Part shown: positions 1 through 8,848 of the stretch, in pieces | How the letters are laid out: each line of letters begins with the position of its first letter | How positions within the stretch are numbered: position 1 is the stretch's first letter | Origin: Nitrosospira multiformis ATCC 25196 | GTDB lineage: Bacteria > Pseudomonadota > Gammaproteobacteria > Burkholderiales > Nitrosomonadaceae | DNA: 32,000 bases | NCBI RefSeq assembly: GCF_000196355.1 | Contig: NC_007614.1 | Coordinates: 360,001 to 392,000, forward strand | Direction: 5' to 3' | Program-made: the position numbers and the translations under genes | The notes under the pieces: model-generated | Database searches by the model: none | What the model was told of the DNA's origin: nothing | The model's input: only the letters and a program-made list of their open reading frames with translations

Positions 1-2
1 TC

Positions 3-1253
3 CAGGACAATGATCGCCGGTTCAAGCAAATCCTCGAAAAAATTCGACAGCTAAGGAGTGGAAACAAGGGGGATAGTCTACTCGACGAGCTCCAGTCCCT
101 GCACCAACAACTGGAGGAGGCCCAGCAACAAGCCGTCCGGCTCTCGTTCGAGCAAAAACGCGAGGAAGCGCTCGCCTTCGTGACGAACACATTCCGCCCC
201 CTCAGCCTTGTATTTATAGATAAGGCCAAGCATTTCTATGAGCAACAATCTGCAATTCTGGAAAGTAGAAAAATTGAAGCCTCGGATAAAGTAAGCTCCT
301 ATACCGCTGTATTGGTGGCTGTTTCTTTATTTACTGTTTTGGTTGGACTAACAATCGGCATTCGCCTGAGTCGCATGATTACCGGGCGGCTCCGGGAGAG
401 CATCGCCCAACTTGCGTCGTCTTCAGCAGAGATTCTTTCCACCACGTCCCAGGTAGCCGCTGGCGCAGCCGAGACTGCAGCCGCAGTAAGCGAGACAACC
501 GCCACCGTGGAAGAGGTCAAGCAAACCGCATTGACTACGAGCCAGAAAGCCAAATATGTGTCAGACAGCGCCCAGAAAGCTTCCAATATCTCCGAGGCTG
601 GACGCAAATCGGTGGGGGAGGCTATTAGTGGAATGAATCGGATTCAGGAGCAGATGGAATCCATAGCTGAGAGCATTATGCAGCTCTCCAAGCAGGGGCA
701 TGCCATCGGCGAGATCATTGCCACAGTCAACGATCTGGCTGAGCAATCCAATTTATTGGCCGTGAATGCCGCTATTGAGGCGACGCGGGCTGGGGAGCAA
801 GGTAAGAGTTTTGGCGTAGTTGCTCGAGAGATAAGAAGTCTGGCGGATCAATCCAAACAAGCCACTGCCCAAGTGCGAACCATTCTGGGGGATATTCAGA
901 AAGCGACTAATGCTGCGGTACTCGCCACTGAGCAGGGCAATAAAGCGGTAGAGGCGGGGGTCAGGCAATCCACCGAAACGGATGAAGCAATCCGCCTGCT
1001 GTCCACCAGCATCAGTGAGGCAGCGCAAGCAGCTACCCAAATCGCGGCATCAAGCAAGCAACAAATGGTCGGCATGGACCAGGTGGTGATGGCCATGACT
1101 AATATCCAGCAGGCGAGCGAACAGAACGTGGCAGGTACCAAGCAGGCAGAATCAGCGGCACAAGGCTTGTATGAGATGGGGAATAAATTGAGTGTCCTCG
1201 TAGGCAGCAAGAAAGACCGTTTCGTAGAGGAAGCGGGAAAAGTCCATGCCTGA
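3..1253 (+). CDS. Methyl-accepting chemotaxis protein (5' truncated by window edge)
   Basis: The frame stays open upstream of the tracked start at 180 to the window edge (from base 3). It has a TM segment (SYTAVLVAVSLFTVLVGLTIGI) and the conserved MCP signalling hairpin (NDLAEQSNLLAVNAAIEATRAGEQGKSFGVVAREIRSLADQS). It overlaps the next gene, which encodes a CheA. Confidence 0.93.
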   Translation, partial: QDNDRRFKQILEKIRQLRSGNKGDSLLDELQSLHQQLEEAQQQAVRLSFEQKREEALAFVTNTFRPLSLVFIDKAKHFYEQQSAILESRKIEASDKVSSYTAVLVAVSLFTVLVGLTIGIRLSRMITGRLRESIAQLASSSAEILSTTSQVAAGAAETAAAVSETTATVEEVKQTALTTSQKAKYVSDSAQKASNISEAGRKSVGEAISGMNRIQEQMESIAESIMQLSKQGHAIGEIIATVNDLAEQSNLLAVNAAIEATRAGEQGKSFGVVAREIRSLADQSKQATAQVRTILGDIQKATNAAVLATEQGNKAVEAGVRQSTETDEAIRLLSTSISEAAQAATQIAASSKQQMVGMDQVVMAMTNIQQASEQNVAGTKQAESAAQGLYEMGNKLSVLVGSKKDRFVEEAGKVHA

Positions 1254-3600
1254 CAAAAGGGATGTGCTTTTGGAAAGGCTCCTTGCAATGTTTCGCATCG
1301 AGGCAGAGGCCCACCTGAAGGATATATCGTCGGGACTGCTCGCCCTGGAGGGAAAACCTGTAGATACCCCGGCGTTCGATATCATTGAGAACATGTTGCG
1401 GTGCGCACACAGTCTCAAAGGCGCAGCACGAGCAGTCAATTTTGCCCAAGTCGAGGAGACCTGCCGTTCTCTGGAAAATGTATTCTCCGCACTGAAAGAT
1501 AAAAGCCTTGCTGTATCGTCATCGCTCATCGATCAGCTGCTTAAGGCGGTCGATGCCCTGGGGACACTCGTTTCAGGAGAGGGCAGCATGGCTGAGCGGC
1601 AAAAGCTGTTGTCGGCTACAGTAACCCGACAGCTCAATGAAATGTTGAAAAGTCCCACCAAAGAAGGACGTACGGGCTCCTCCTTATCGCAGGCCGCGTC
1701 CCCTTTATCTTTGCTTCCCCCTGATGAATCATCCGCAACCCGTGCCGATGTAGGGGCATATTTGCGAACCTCTATTCCGAGCCATGCATCTGCCACAATC
1801 AGAGTGCCTACCGTAAAACTCGAAAAGGTTTTGCGTCAGGTTGAGGAATTTTTGCTGCCGTGCCTGACAGCGCGACAACGGGCCAAGGAGCTAGGCGAAA
1901 TCACTACGACACTTGCCGTATGGAAGAAACAGCGTCTGCAAATCCAGTCGGTGGTGCGCATTATTGATCGCGAGATGACATCCAGCCTCAAGGATCGCTC
2001 CTTCCGGGAACAACACGGGCTTCCGAAGCTGCTCAAATACCTGGATGGGGAGCCGCTTCAAATGAAAGCGCTTGAGGAGCGGCTAGTGAGATTGCAGCGG
2101 ACCATCGAGCAAGACCAACGCGTACTTGCCGGCATGACCGATTGCCTGATTCAGGATGTCAAAGAAATGCAATTACTGCCTTTCTCGACACTGTTGGATA
2201 TTCTGCCCCGATTCTCCCGCGAGCTGGCCCGCGAACAGGGCAAGAGCCTGGAGCTGGTGGTGAGTGGCGGCGAGGTGGAAATTGATCGGCATATTTTGGA
2301 AGAGATGAAAGATCCTCTGATCCATCTGGTGCGTAATTGCATCGACCACGGTATTGAGCAGCCCGCCGCACGGTTGGCTAAAGGTAAGCCTTCGTCGGGA
2401 AGAATCACCTTCGCATGCTCGCAGAGCGATAGCGGCAAGGCTGAGATACGTGTAGCCGATGATGGGGGTGGAATCAATGTCGGTAAATTGAAAGCTGCGG
2501 CCCACAAGCTTGGCGTAATGTCCGAGGAAGAGATGGAGCGACTGGGTGAGTCGGAATTGCTTGCGCTTATTTTTAGATCTGGCGTGACCACCAGCCCCCT
2601 CATTACCGATATCTCCGGACGCGGGCTGGGACTCGCGATTGTACGTGAAAAGGTTGAAGCTTTAGGCGGCAGCATCAAGGTCAAATCAAGTACTGATACT
2701 GGAACTGCTTTCCATATCTTACTGCCGTTAACGCTAACAAATACCCGGGGAGTTCTGGTTCATGCCGCAGGACAGCTTTTTGTTATTCCTTCAAGCAGCG
2801 TTGAGCGCGTAGTCCGAATCGCCAAAAACGAAATTGAGACAGTGAAAAATCGAGAAACCATTCTGGTAGATGAACAACCTGTTTCTCTGGTGAAGTTGGG
2901 CGATATACTGGAACTGGCTGGCAATTCGGCAGAAATGGAACCCGCGCACTATTTGCGAGGGATCGTTCTCAGTTCAGGTCTTGGTCGTGTTGCATTTCTC
3001 GTGGAAGAGGTTCTCGGGGAGCAAGAGGTTGTGATAAAAGCACTCCTCCCGCCATTGAAGCGAGTAAGAAACGTCGCAGGTGTATGCATGCTGGGGACCG
3101 GGCGAGTGGTCCCGGTGCTTAACGTACCTGATCTTTTGAAATCCGCTGTGAAAGCATCCTCGGCTCCATGCATCCCTACCCAGGACTCATCGGCTGAGAA
3201 GCAGGGAACATCAAGCAAGCACTCTATTTTAGTAGTGGACGATTCCATTACTGCGCGGACACTGCTCAAACATATCCTGGAATCGGCAGGGTATCGTGTG
3301 ACTACAGCTGTGGATGGAGTGGAGGGCTATACCGCCCTTAAAACAGGCACCCACAGCCTGGTAGTCTCTGATGTCGAAATGCCGCGAATGGACGGCTTTG
3401 CCCTGACAGCCAAGATACGCGCTGACAAGCAGTTGGCGACGCTGCCGGTGGTATTGGTAACGGCATTGGATTCACGTGATCACCGGGAGCGAGGCATCGA
3501 TGTGGGAGCGAATGCATATATCGTGAAGAGTCGCTTTGACCAAGGCAACCTGCTGGAAGCGATCCGACGCCTGATCAGCATCAGCAGCATTAATCCGTGA
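1246..3600 (+). CDS. cheA: Hybrid chemotaxis histidine kinase CheA (Hpt - HATPase - CheW-like - receiver)
   Basis: Hpt motif AHSLKGAARAV; kinase N-box HLVRNCIDHGIE; G-box ADDGGGINV; CheW-like C-terminal part; terminal REC domain ILVVDDSITARTLLKHILESAGYRV...SDVEMPRMDG. Confidence 0.95.
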   Translation: MPDKRDVLLERLLAMFRIEAEAHLKDISSGLLALEGKPVDTPAFDIIENMLRCAHSLKGAARAVNFAQVEETCRSLENVFSALKDKSLAVSSSLIDQLLKAVDALGTLVSGEGSMAERQKLLSATVTRQLNEMLKSPTKEGRTGSSLSQAASPLSLLPPDESSATRADVGAYLRTSIPSHASATIRVPTVKLEKVLRQVEEFLLPCLTARQRAKELGEITTTLAVWKKQRLQIQSVVRIIDREMTSSLKDRSFREQHGLPKLLKYLDGEPLQMKALEERLVRLQRTIEQDQRVLAGMTDCLIQDVKEMQLLPFSTLLDILPRFSRELAREQGKSLELVVSGGEVEIDRHILEEMKDPLIHLVRNCIDHGIEQPAARLAKGKPSSGRITFACSQSDSGKAEIRVADDGGGINVGKLKAAAHKLGVMSEEEMERLGESELLALIFRSGVTTSPLITDISGRGLGLAIVREKVEALGGSIKVKSSTDTGTAFHILLPLTLTNTRGVLVHAAGQLFVIPSSSVERVVRIAKNEIETVKNRETILVDEQPVSLVKLGDILELAGNSAEMEPAHYLRGIVLSSGLGRVAFLVEEVLGEQEVVIKALLPPLKRVRNVAGVCMLGTGRVVPVLNVPDLLKSAVKASSAPCIPTQDSSAEKQGTSSKHSILVVDDSITARTLLKHILESAGYRVTTAVDGVEGYTALKTGTHSLVVSDVEMPRMDGFALTAKIRADKQLATLPVVLVTALDSRDHRERGIDVGANAYIVKSRFDQGNLLEAIRRLISISSINP

Positions 3601-3610
3601 GTTTCCTCCC

Positions 3611-4678
3611 ATGATAAACGTCCTGGTAGTGGAAGATTCACCGGTAGTGCGAGAGTTTCTTATTTACATACTCAATTCCGATCCTGATATCACTGTTATT
3701 GCGACCGCCGGCGACGGAGAAGAAGCAATCGATGCCTTGCGCAACCATCGGCCTGATGTAATCACAATGGATATTCACATGCCGAAGCTGAATGGAGTGG
3801 AGGCCACACAGCTGATCATGGAGACACAGCCGACTCCCATTGTCATCGTGAGCGGCAGCACGGATCCGGCAGAGGTTGGGACTACATTTGATGCGATCGA
3901 TGCAGGGGCATTGGCAGTGCTCCCGCGCCCGGCAGGCATCGGCCATCCGGATCACGAGGCGACCGCTCGGAAGATGATAGAGGTCGTAAAACTGATGTCG
4001 GAAGTAAAGGTAGTCCGTCGCTGGGCGCGCATGCGAGGGGCTTCTCCGGCCTCACATTCTGTACGCGCGCCCCTGCTTAACCGTGTGGCGCCAGCAAGAA
4101 TTGTCGTTGTGGGTGCTTCAACGGGTGGCCCGCCTGCACTCGAGGCGATTCTTTCATCACTCCCAAAGCATTTTCCTGTGCCCATTCTAATCGTTCAGCA
4201 TATGACTACGGGATTCATGGAAGGATTTGTCCAATGGCTGAAGAACTCGTCCAATCTTCCCGTTCATATTGCAAGGCAGGGTGAGTTGCCCCTGCCAGGG
4301 CATGTTTATATGGCACCCGATGAATACCAGATGAAGGTGGAGAATCGAGGGGAGATCGTTTTGACCAAGGACGAGCCAGAGCATGGTTCAAGACCCTCAA
4401 TTTCATATCTTTTCAGGGCGGTTGCCAGAGTCTACGGTCACGATGCCGTTGCTGGCCTATTGACGGGGATGGGCCGTGATGGTGCCGACGAGTTACGCCT
4501 TCTGAAGGAGAAAGGCGCGATTACCTTCGCACAAGACAAGGAAAGTTCGGTCGTCCACGGTATGGCGGGCGAGGCGATCAGGTTAGGTGCGGCGACCATG
4601 GTCTTGCCTCTGGAAAAGATTGCCGCAGCGCTAACGAATCTGGTGGCCGAACGAGGAGAAACTAAGCTTGGCGCATGA
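3611..4678 (+). CDS. cheB: Chemotaxis response regulator protein-glutamate methylesterase CheB
   Basis: N-terminal REC (VLVVEDSPVVREFL...DVITMDIHMPKLNG) and methylesterase domain (VVVGASTGGPPALEAIL, IVQHMTTGF, GLLTGMGRDGADEL). Confidence 0.95.
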   Translation: MINVLVVEDSPVVREFLIYILNSDPDITVIATAGDGEEAIDALRNHRPDVITMDIHMPKLNGVEATQLIMETQPTPIVIVSGSTDPAEVGTTFDAIDAGALAVLPRPAGIGHPDHEATARKMIEVVKLMSEVKVVRRWARMRGASPASHSVRAPLLNRVAPARIVVVGASTGGPPALEAILSSLPKHFPVPILIVQHMTTGFMEGFVQWLKNSSNLPVHIARQGELPLPGHVYMAPDEYQMKVENRGEIVLTKDEPEHGSRPSISYLFRAVARVYGHDAVAGLLTGMGRDGADELRLLKEKGAITFAQDKESSVVHGMAGEAIRLGAATMVLPLEKIAAALTNLVAERGETKLGA

Positions 4679-7610
4679 TATTTCAATCCACGATGCCCGG
4701 AAAGTCGAGATTCTCATCGCAGAGGACAGTCCCACACAAGCGGAAAAACTGAAGTATCTGCTGGAGGAAAACGGCTACCAAGTTACCACCGCAGGCGATG
4801 GCAAGCAGGCCCTCTCGAGGGCGCGGCAGCGCAACCCGACATTGATTATCAGTGATGTGATGATGCCGGAGATGAATGGGTTTGCGTTATGCAGTGAAAT
4901 CAAGCGGGACGCACAACTCAAGAAGATTCCAGTGATCCTGCTTACCTCGCTGGCGGATGTCAAGGATATCATCCAGGGATTGGAATCGGGGGCCGATAAT
5001 TTTATCCGCAAGCCATACGACGACAAATATCTTCTTGATCGTATCGAGTATCTACTGATGAGCCATGAGCTGCGCAAGAGTCAGAAGATGCAAATGGGAA
5101 TGCAGATTTATCTGGGCGGGCAAAAACATTTCATCACCAGCGAGCGGCAGCAGATCGTGGATCTATTGATTTCAGTTTATGAGGATGCGGTCCATCTCAA
5201 CGCTGAACTGAATAGGCGACAACGTGAGCTGACGCACTCGAATCGCTTGCTCAATGGGCTGTATCGAATGGCGGAAGGCTTGAACCAGGCAGCAACCGAG
5301 CGCGAGGTCAGCGAAAAAGCGCTGGAGTACGCCATGATGTTCCCGGGAGTCCAGGCGGGGTGGCTTTATTTATGGAATACCGACGGCCTGAGTTTGGCAG
5401 GCTCACGAAATGTACCTGCATCAGTAAGTGCGGATGGCTGGGACACATCATGCAATTGCCTGCGCCTTTTGCTCGCCGGGGAGCTCGGCAATACTCCTAA
5501 AATTTTAAACTGCGAGCGCCTCTTCTCAAGCGGAGGCAATGGTTCTTGCCACCATGTCACCATTCCGATGTGGAGTGGCAGCAAGAACCAGGGCGTGATG
5601 AATCTCCTGGGCTTGGAACAGGATCAGTTCAGGGAGAATGAGTTGGATACATTCTATGGGATTGGGCAGCAGGTAAGCGTAGCGCTGGAGCGTGCCCGAT
5701 TGCATGAACATATGGAAAAATTGGTGGGGGAGCGTACTGCGGCGTTAACAGCGGAGATTGCTCAGCGCAAGGAATATGAAGCGAGAGTAGTGCGGCTCAA
5801 TCGTTTGTATAGCGTGTTAAGTGGTATCAATACAGCCATTGTGCGTGTCCGTGAAATACAGGAGCTTTTCAATGAGGCATGCCGTATTGCAGTCGTTCAC
5901 GGCGGATTCGCTTTCGCTTGGATCGGAATGCTGCGGGGAAGTACAAGAGTAACTACACCAGTGGCCAAGATGGGGCAAGGAAATGATGAGCTGCTCCAAC
6001 TCAACCTATCGCTGATGAGTGCGCCGAAAGGCGCTCCGCTGATAGAGGATTTAATCACGCATCTCAAGCCGTTCATTTGCAATGATCTCGTTGCCGATAA
6101 GCGCATGGAGGGTTTGCATGATGCACCGCTGGCTCACGATTATCTTTCCATGGCGATCTTGCCCCTGGTTCTCGATGGGCAACTCGTCGGCACTCTGACT
6201 CTCTATACTCCCGAGACAGGGTTTTTCGACGAGGAGGAAATTGCTTTGCTGGTAGAAATGGCGGGCGATATTTCGTTTGCAATGGATCACCTGAAAAAAG
6301 AGGAGCGCATCAATTATCTGGCTTTCTTCGACGCTGTAACCGAGCTCCCGAACCGGGCGTTATTTCTAGACCGGGTTAATCAGCGGATCAAGATGGTTTC
6401 TTCCGGTCACGAGATGCTTTCCGTAATTGTTCTGGACATCGAACGGTTCAGCAGCATTAATGAATCGTTCGGTCATGGAGCGGGGGACAGTCTACTCCGC
6501 CAACTTGCAAAGCGGCTGAAGCAGCTGCTTTCAGAAGCAGACATTCTGGCTCATCTTTCCGCCGATTATTTTGCTATCGCCAGAAAACATGAAGAGGAAA
6601 GCATCGACATCGTCCATATGCTGGAGAAGCTTCTGTTCGAGGTTCAGAACGAGCCCTTTTTAATTAATGGACAGGAACTGTGGGTTTCCGCCAGGGCGGG
6701 CGCTTCGTTCTTCCCTAGCGATGGCCTGGATACTGATACGCTCTTGAGAAATGCCGGGACAGCGCTAAAGAAGGCCAAGCATTCTTCCGACAAGCATCTG
6801 TTTTATGCTCCCGAATTTCATGCACGGGTTAAAGAAAAACTGAGACTCGAGATCAAGCTGCGTCAGGCGTTGGAGCAGGAACAATTGATGCTGTACTACC
6901 AACCCAAAGTTGATTTGAAGAGTGGACAAATAAGCGGACTCGAGGCGTTGATGCGCTGGCACGATCCGGAAAGCGCTACGGTACTTTCACCGCTTCACTT
7001 CATTCCCTTGCTGGAAGAGACGGGAATGATTCTTGATGCAGGCCGGTGGGCGCTGAGCAAAGCGATATCGGATGCAAATAAATGGAAAGCCATGAGTTTG
7101 AATCCACCGAGAATTGCCATCAATGTTTCTCCCGTTCAGTTACGGCAGAAGGATTTTGTCGATATGGTGGCGAATGTGGTCAGCGACGCGGGAGATCTGG
7201 CCGCATTCCAGTTCGAGATTACGGAAAGTGTAATCATGCACGATATCAAAGCCAATATCGAGAAGCTCAATCTCATCCAGGAAATGGGTATAGAGCTTGC
7301 GATAGATGATTTCGGTACTGGTTATTCTTCGCTCAGTTATATCGCCAAACTGCCCGTCAATGTCCTGAAAATTGATCGCGCTTTCATCAGTGATATGAAT
7401 ATCAATCCAGACAATCTCAGCATTGTTTCCGGAATCATATCCCTGGCACATTCGCTGCATTTGCGTGTTGTTGCCGAGGGAGTGGAAACGGCTGAGCAAG
7501 CGGAGCTTTTGCGAAGCCTCGAATGTGAGGAGATGCAGGGCTATCTCTTTAGTCCCGCCGTCACAGCGACCAAGATAATAGAGTTTCTACACCAGAAGAA
7601 ATCTCTTTAA
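4668..7610 (+). CDS. Response regulator with GAF-like region, degenerate GGDEF and EAL domain (cyclic-di-GMP phosphodiesterase candidate)
   Basis: REC (EILIAEDSPTQAEKLKYLLEENGYQV...ISDVMMPEMNG); GAF-like segments; GGDEF domain with SADYF in place of GGDEF; complete EAL signature set (LEALMRW, ITESVIM, DDFGTGYSSL, KIDRAFI, AEGVET, MQGYLF). TTG start overlapping the 3' end of cheB. Confidence 0.92.
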   Translation: MAHDISIHDARKVEILIAEDSPTQAEKLKYLLEENGYQVTTAGDGKQALSRARQRNPTLIISDVMMPEMNGFALCSEIKRDAQLKKIPVILLTSLADVKDIIQGLESGADNFIRKPYDDKYLLDRIEYLLMSHELRKSQKMQMGMQIYLGGQKHFITSERQQIVDLLISVYEDAVHLNAELNRRQRELTHSNRLLNGLYRMAEGLNQAATEREVSEKALEYAMMFPGVQAGWLYLWNTDGLSLAGSRNVPASVSADGWDTSCNCLRLLLAGELGNTPKILNCERLFSSGGNGSCHHVTIPMWSGSKNQGVMNLLGLEQDQFRENELDTFYGIGQQVSVALERARLHEHMEKLVGERTAALTAEIAQRKEYEARVVRLNRLYSVLSGINTAIVRVREIQELFNEACRIAVVHGGFAFAWIGMLRGSTRVTTPVAKMGQGNDELLQLNLSLMSAPKGAPLIEDLITHLKPFICNDLVADKRMEGLHDAPLAHDYLSMAILPLVLDGQLVGTLTLYTPETGFFDEEEIALLVEMAGDISFAMDHLKKEERINYLAFFDAVTELPNRALFLDRVNQRIKMVSSGHEMLSVIVLDIERFSSINESFGHGAGDSLLRQLAKRLKQLLSEADILAHLSADYFAIARKHEEESIDIVHMLEKLLFEVQNEPFLINGQELWVSARAGASFFPSDGLDTDTLLRNAGTALKKAKHSSDKHLFYAPEFHARVKEKLRLEIKLRQALEQEQLMLYYQPKVDLKSGQISGLEALMRWHDPESATVLSPLHFIPLLEETGMILDAGRWALSKAISDANKWKAMSLNPPRIAINVSPVQLRQKDFVDMVANVVSDAGDLAAFQFEITESVIMHDIKANIEKLNLIQEMGIELAIDDFGTGYSSLSYIAKLPVNVLKIDRAFISDMNINPDNLSIVSGIISLAHSLHLRVVAEGVETAEQAELLRSLECEEMQGYLFSPAVTATKIIEFLHQKKSL

Positions 7611-7748
7611 ATGGATGATGGCTGGGACCTTTGCATTTGCACCTGCTCCAGCCCTTGAGCAGCAGTAGGAGATGGAGTTGTTTTCACCTGGAATAATCCC
7701 CGCATAACCTTGATGAGAGCCAGGATGCCTTCCTCATCATCCAGATTT

Positions 7749-7940
7749 ATGCAAAAGCTGGAGAGAAACGAATTTGTTCTCTACTATCAGTCGCAGATGG
7801 ATGGCGCGGGATTATAGGAGCCGAAGCACTTGTGCGCTGGCAACATCCTCGGCGCGACCTTTTGCTTCCCGCCGAGTTCATTCCCCAGGCCCGAGGAAAC
7901 TGGAAAGATTCTTCCTTTAGGGGATTATGACGTCCAATGA
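7749..7940 (+). pseudogene. Decayed EAL-domain fragment
   Basis: Manual translation in shifting frames gives MQKLERNEFVLYYQSQMDG / IIGAEALVRWQHPRRDLLLPAEFIPQ / EETGKILPLGDYDVQ*. Together these match the N-terminal EAL consensus, with a frame change near 7805-7817 and another near 7891-7893. Confidence 0.75.
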
Positions 7941-7954
7941 TTTTTGCAACCTGA

Positions 7955-8695
7955 CTATAGATTCACACTTCGTCCCCCATCCACGGCAATGATCTGGCCA
8001 GTGATGTAAGGCGCATCTGCAATCAGGAAAGCAACGGTCCGGGCAATGTCATCCGGCTCACCCGTGCGTTTCAGCAGCGTCCTGTCAATGATGTGCTGGC
8101 GCGATGCCTCATCCGCCCATTCCCCCGCTTCCGGCCACAGGATGGGACCGGGTGAGATGCCATTTACCCGGACTTCCGGCGCAAGCTCCTGCGCCAGCGA
8201 TCGGGTCAGTGAGGCTAGTCCGCCCTTGGCGGCGTTGTATACCACGTAATTCTTGAGCGGCCATTCCGAATGAATGTCAACGATATTGACGATGCAGCCG
8301 TGCTGTTTTCTTAATTGGGAGGCCGCTGCCTGGGATAGAAACAGGGGGGCTTTCAGGTTGCTTCCCATCAGATCGTCCCACATATCAGCAGTGATTTCGC
8401 CGAATGGAGTTGGAAAAAAGCTGGAGGCATTGTTGACCAGCGCATCCAGCTTCCCGAATCGCTCTACGGTTTCAGCTACCAGTTGCGGCAGGCGCGCAAT
8501 ATCCAGCAGATCGGCTTGTACCAGAGCAACTGAACCGGATCGCGTCCGGTTCAGTTCGGCCTGCAATGTCTGCGCCTCCTCGATAGAGCTTCTGTAATGC
8601 ACGGCCAGATTTGCTCCCTGTGAGTGCAGGCGGCGGCAGGTGGCGGCGCCTACGCGCCTTGCTCCCCCTGTGACGAGTATCACTTTCCCTTGCAT
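7955..8695 (-). CDS. SDR family oxidoreductase, pteridine reductase-like
   Basis: N-terminal VTGGARRVGAATCRRL (PTR1-like TGxxxRxG), NNASSFFPTPFG, YNAAK catalytic region, C-terminal PYITGQIIAVDGGRSV. Confidence 0.85.
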   Translation of the reverse strand: MQGKVILVTGGARRVGAATCRRLHSQGANLAVHYRSSIEEAQTLQAELNRTRSGSVALVQADLLDIARLPQLVAETVERFGKLDALVNNASSFFPTPFGEITADMWDDLMGSNLKAPLFLSQAAASQLRKQHGCIVNIVDIHSEWPLKNYVVYNAAKGGLASLTRSLAQELAPEVRVNGISPGPILWPEAGEWADEASRQHIIDRTLLKRTGEPDDIARTVAFLIADAPYITGQIIAVDGGRSVNL

Positions 8696-8848
8696 CGCTA
8701 TCTCCTCTACACTTGCGGATTGATTCGATTTTTTATAACGGGAAACCGGCCGCCAGGAGCAGGTACGAGAGTGTCTGCCTCAAAAGAGGGACTTAGATAC
8801 CGCTGCTATCTGCTGGCCGAATCAACAGTAAAGCGTAGCATAGCGCCA

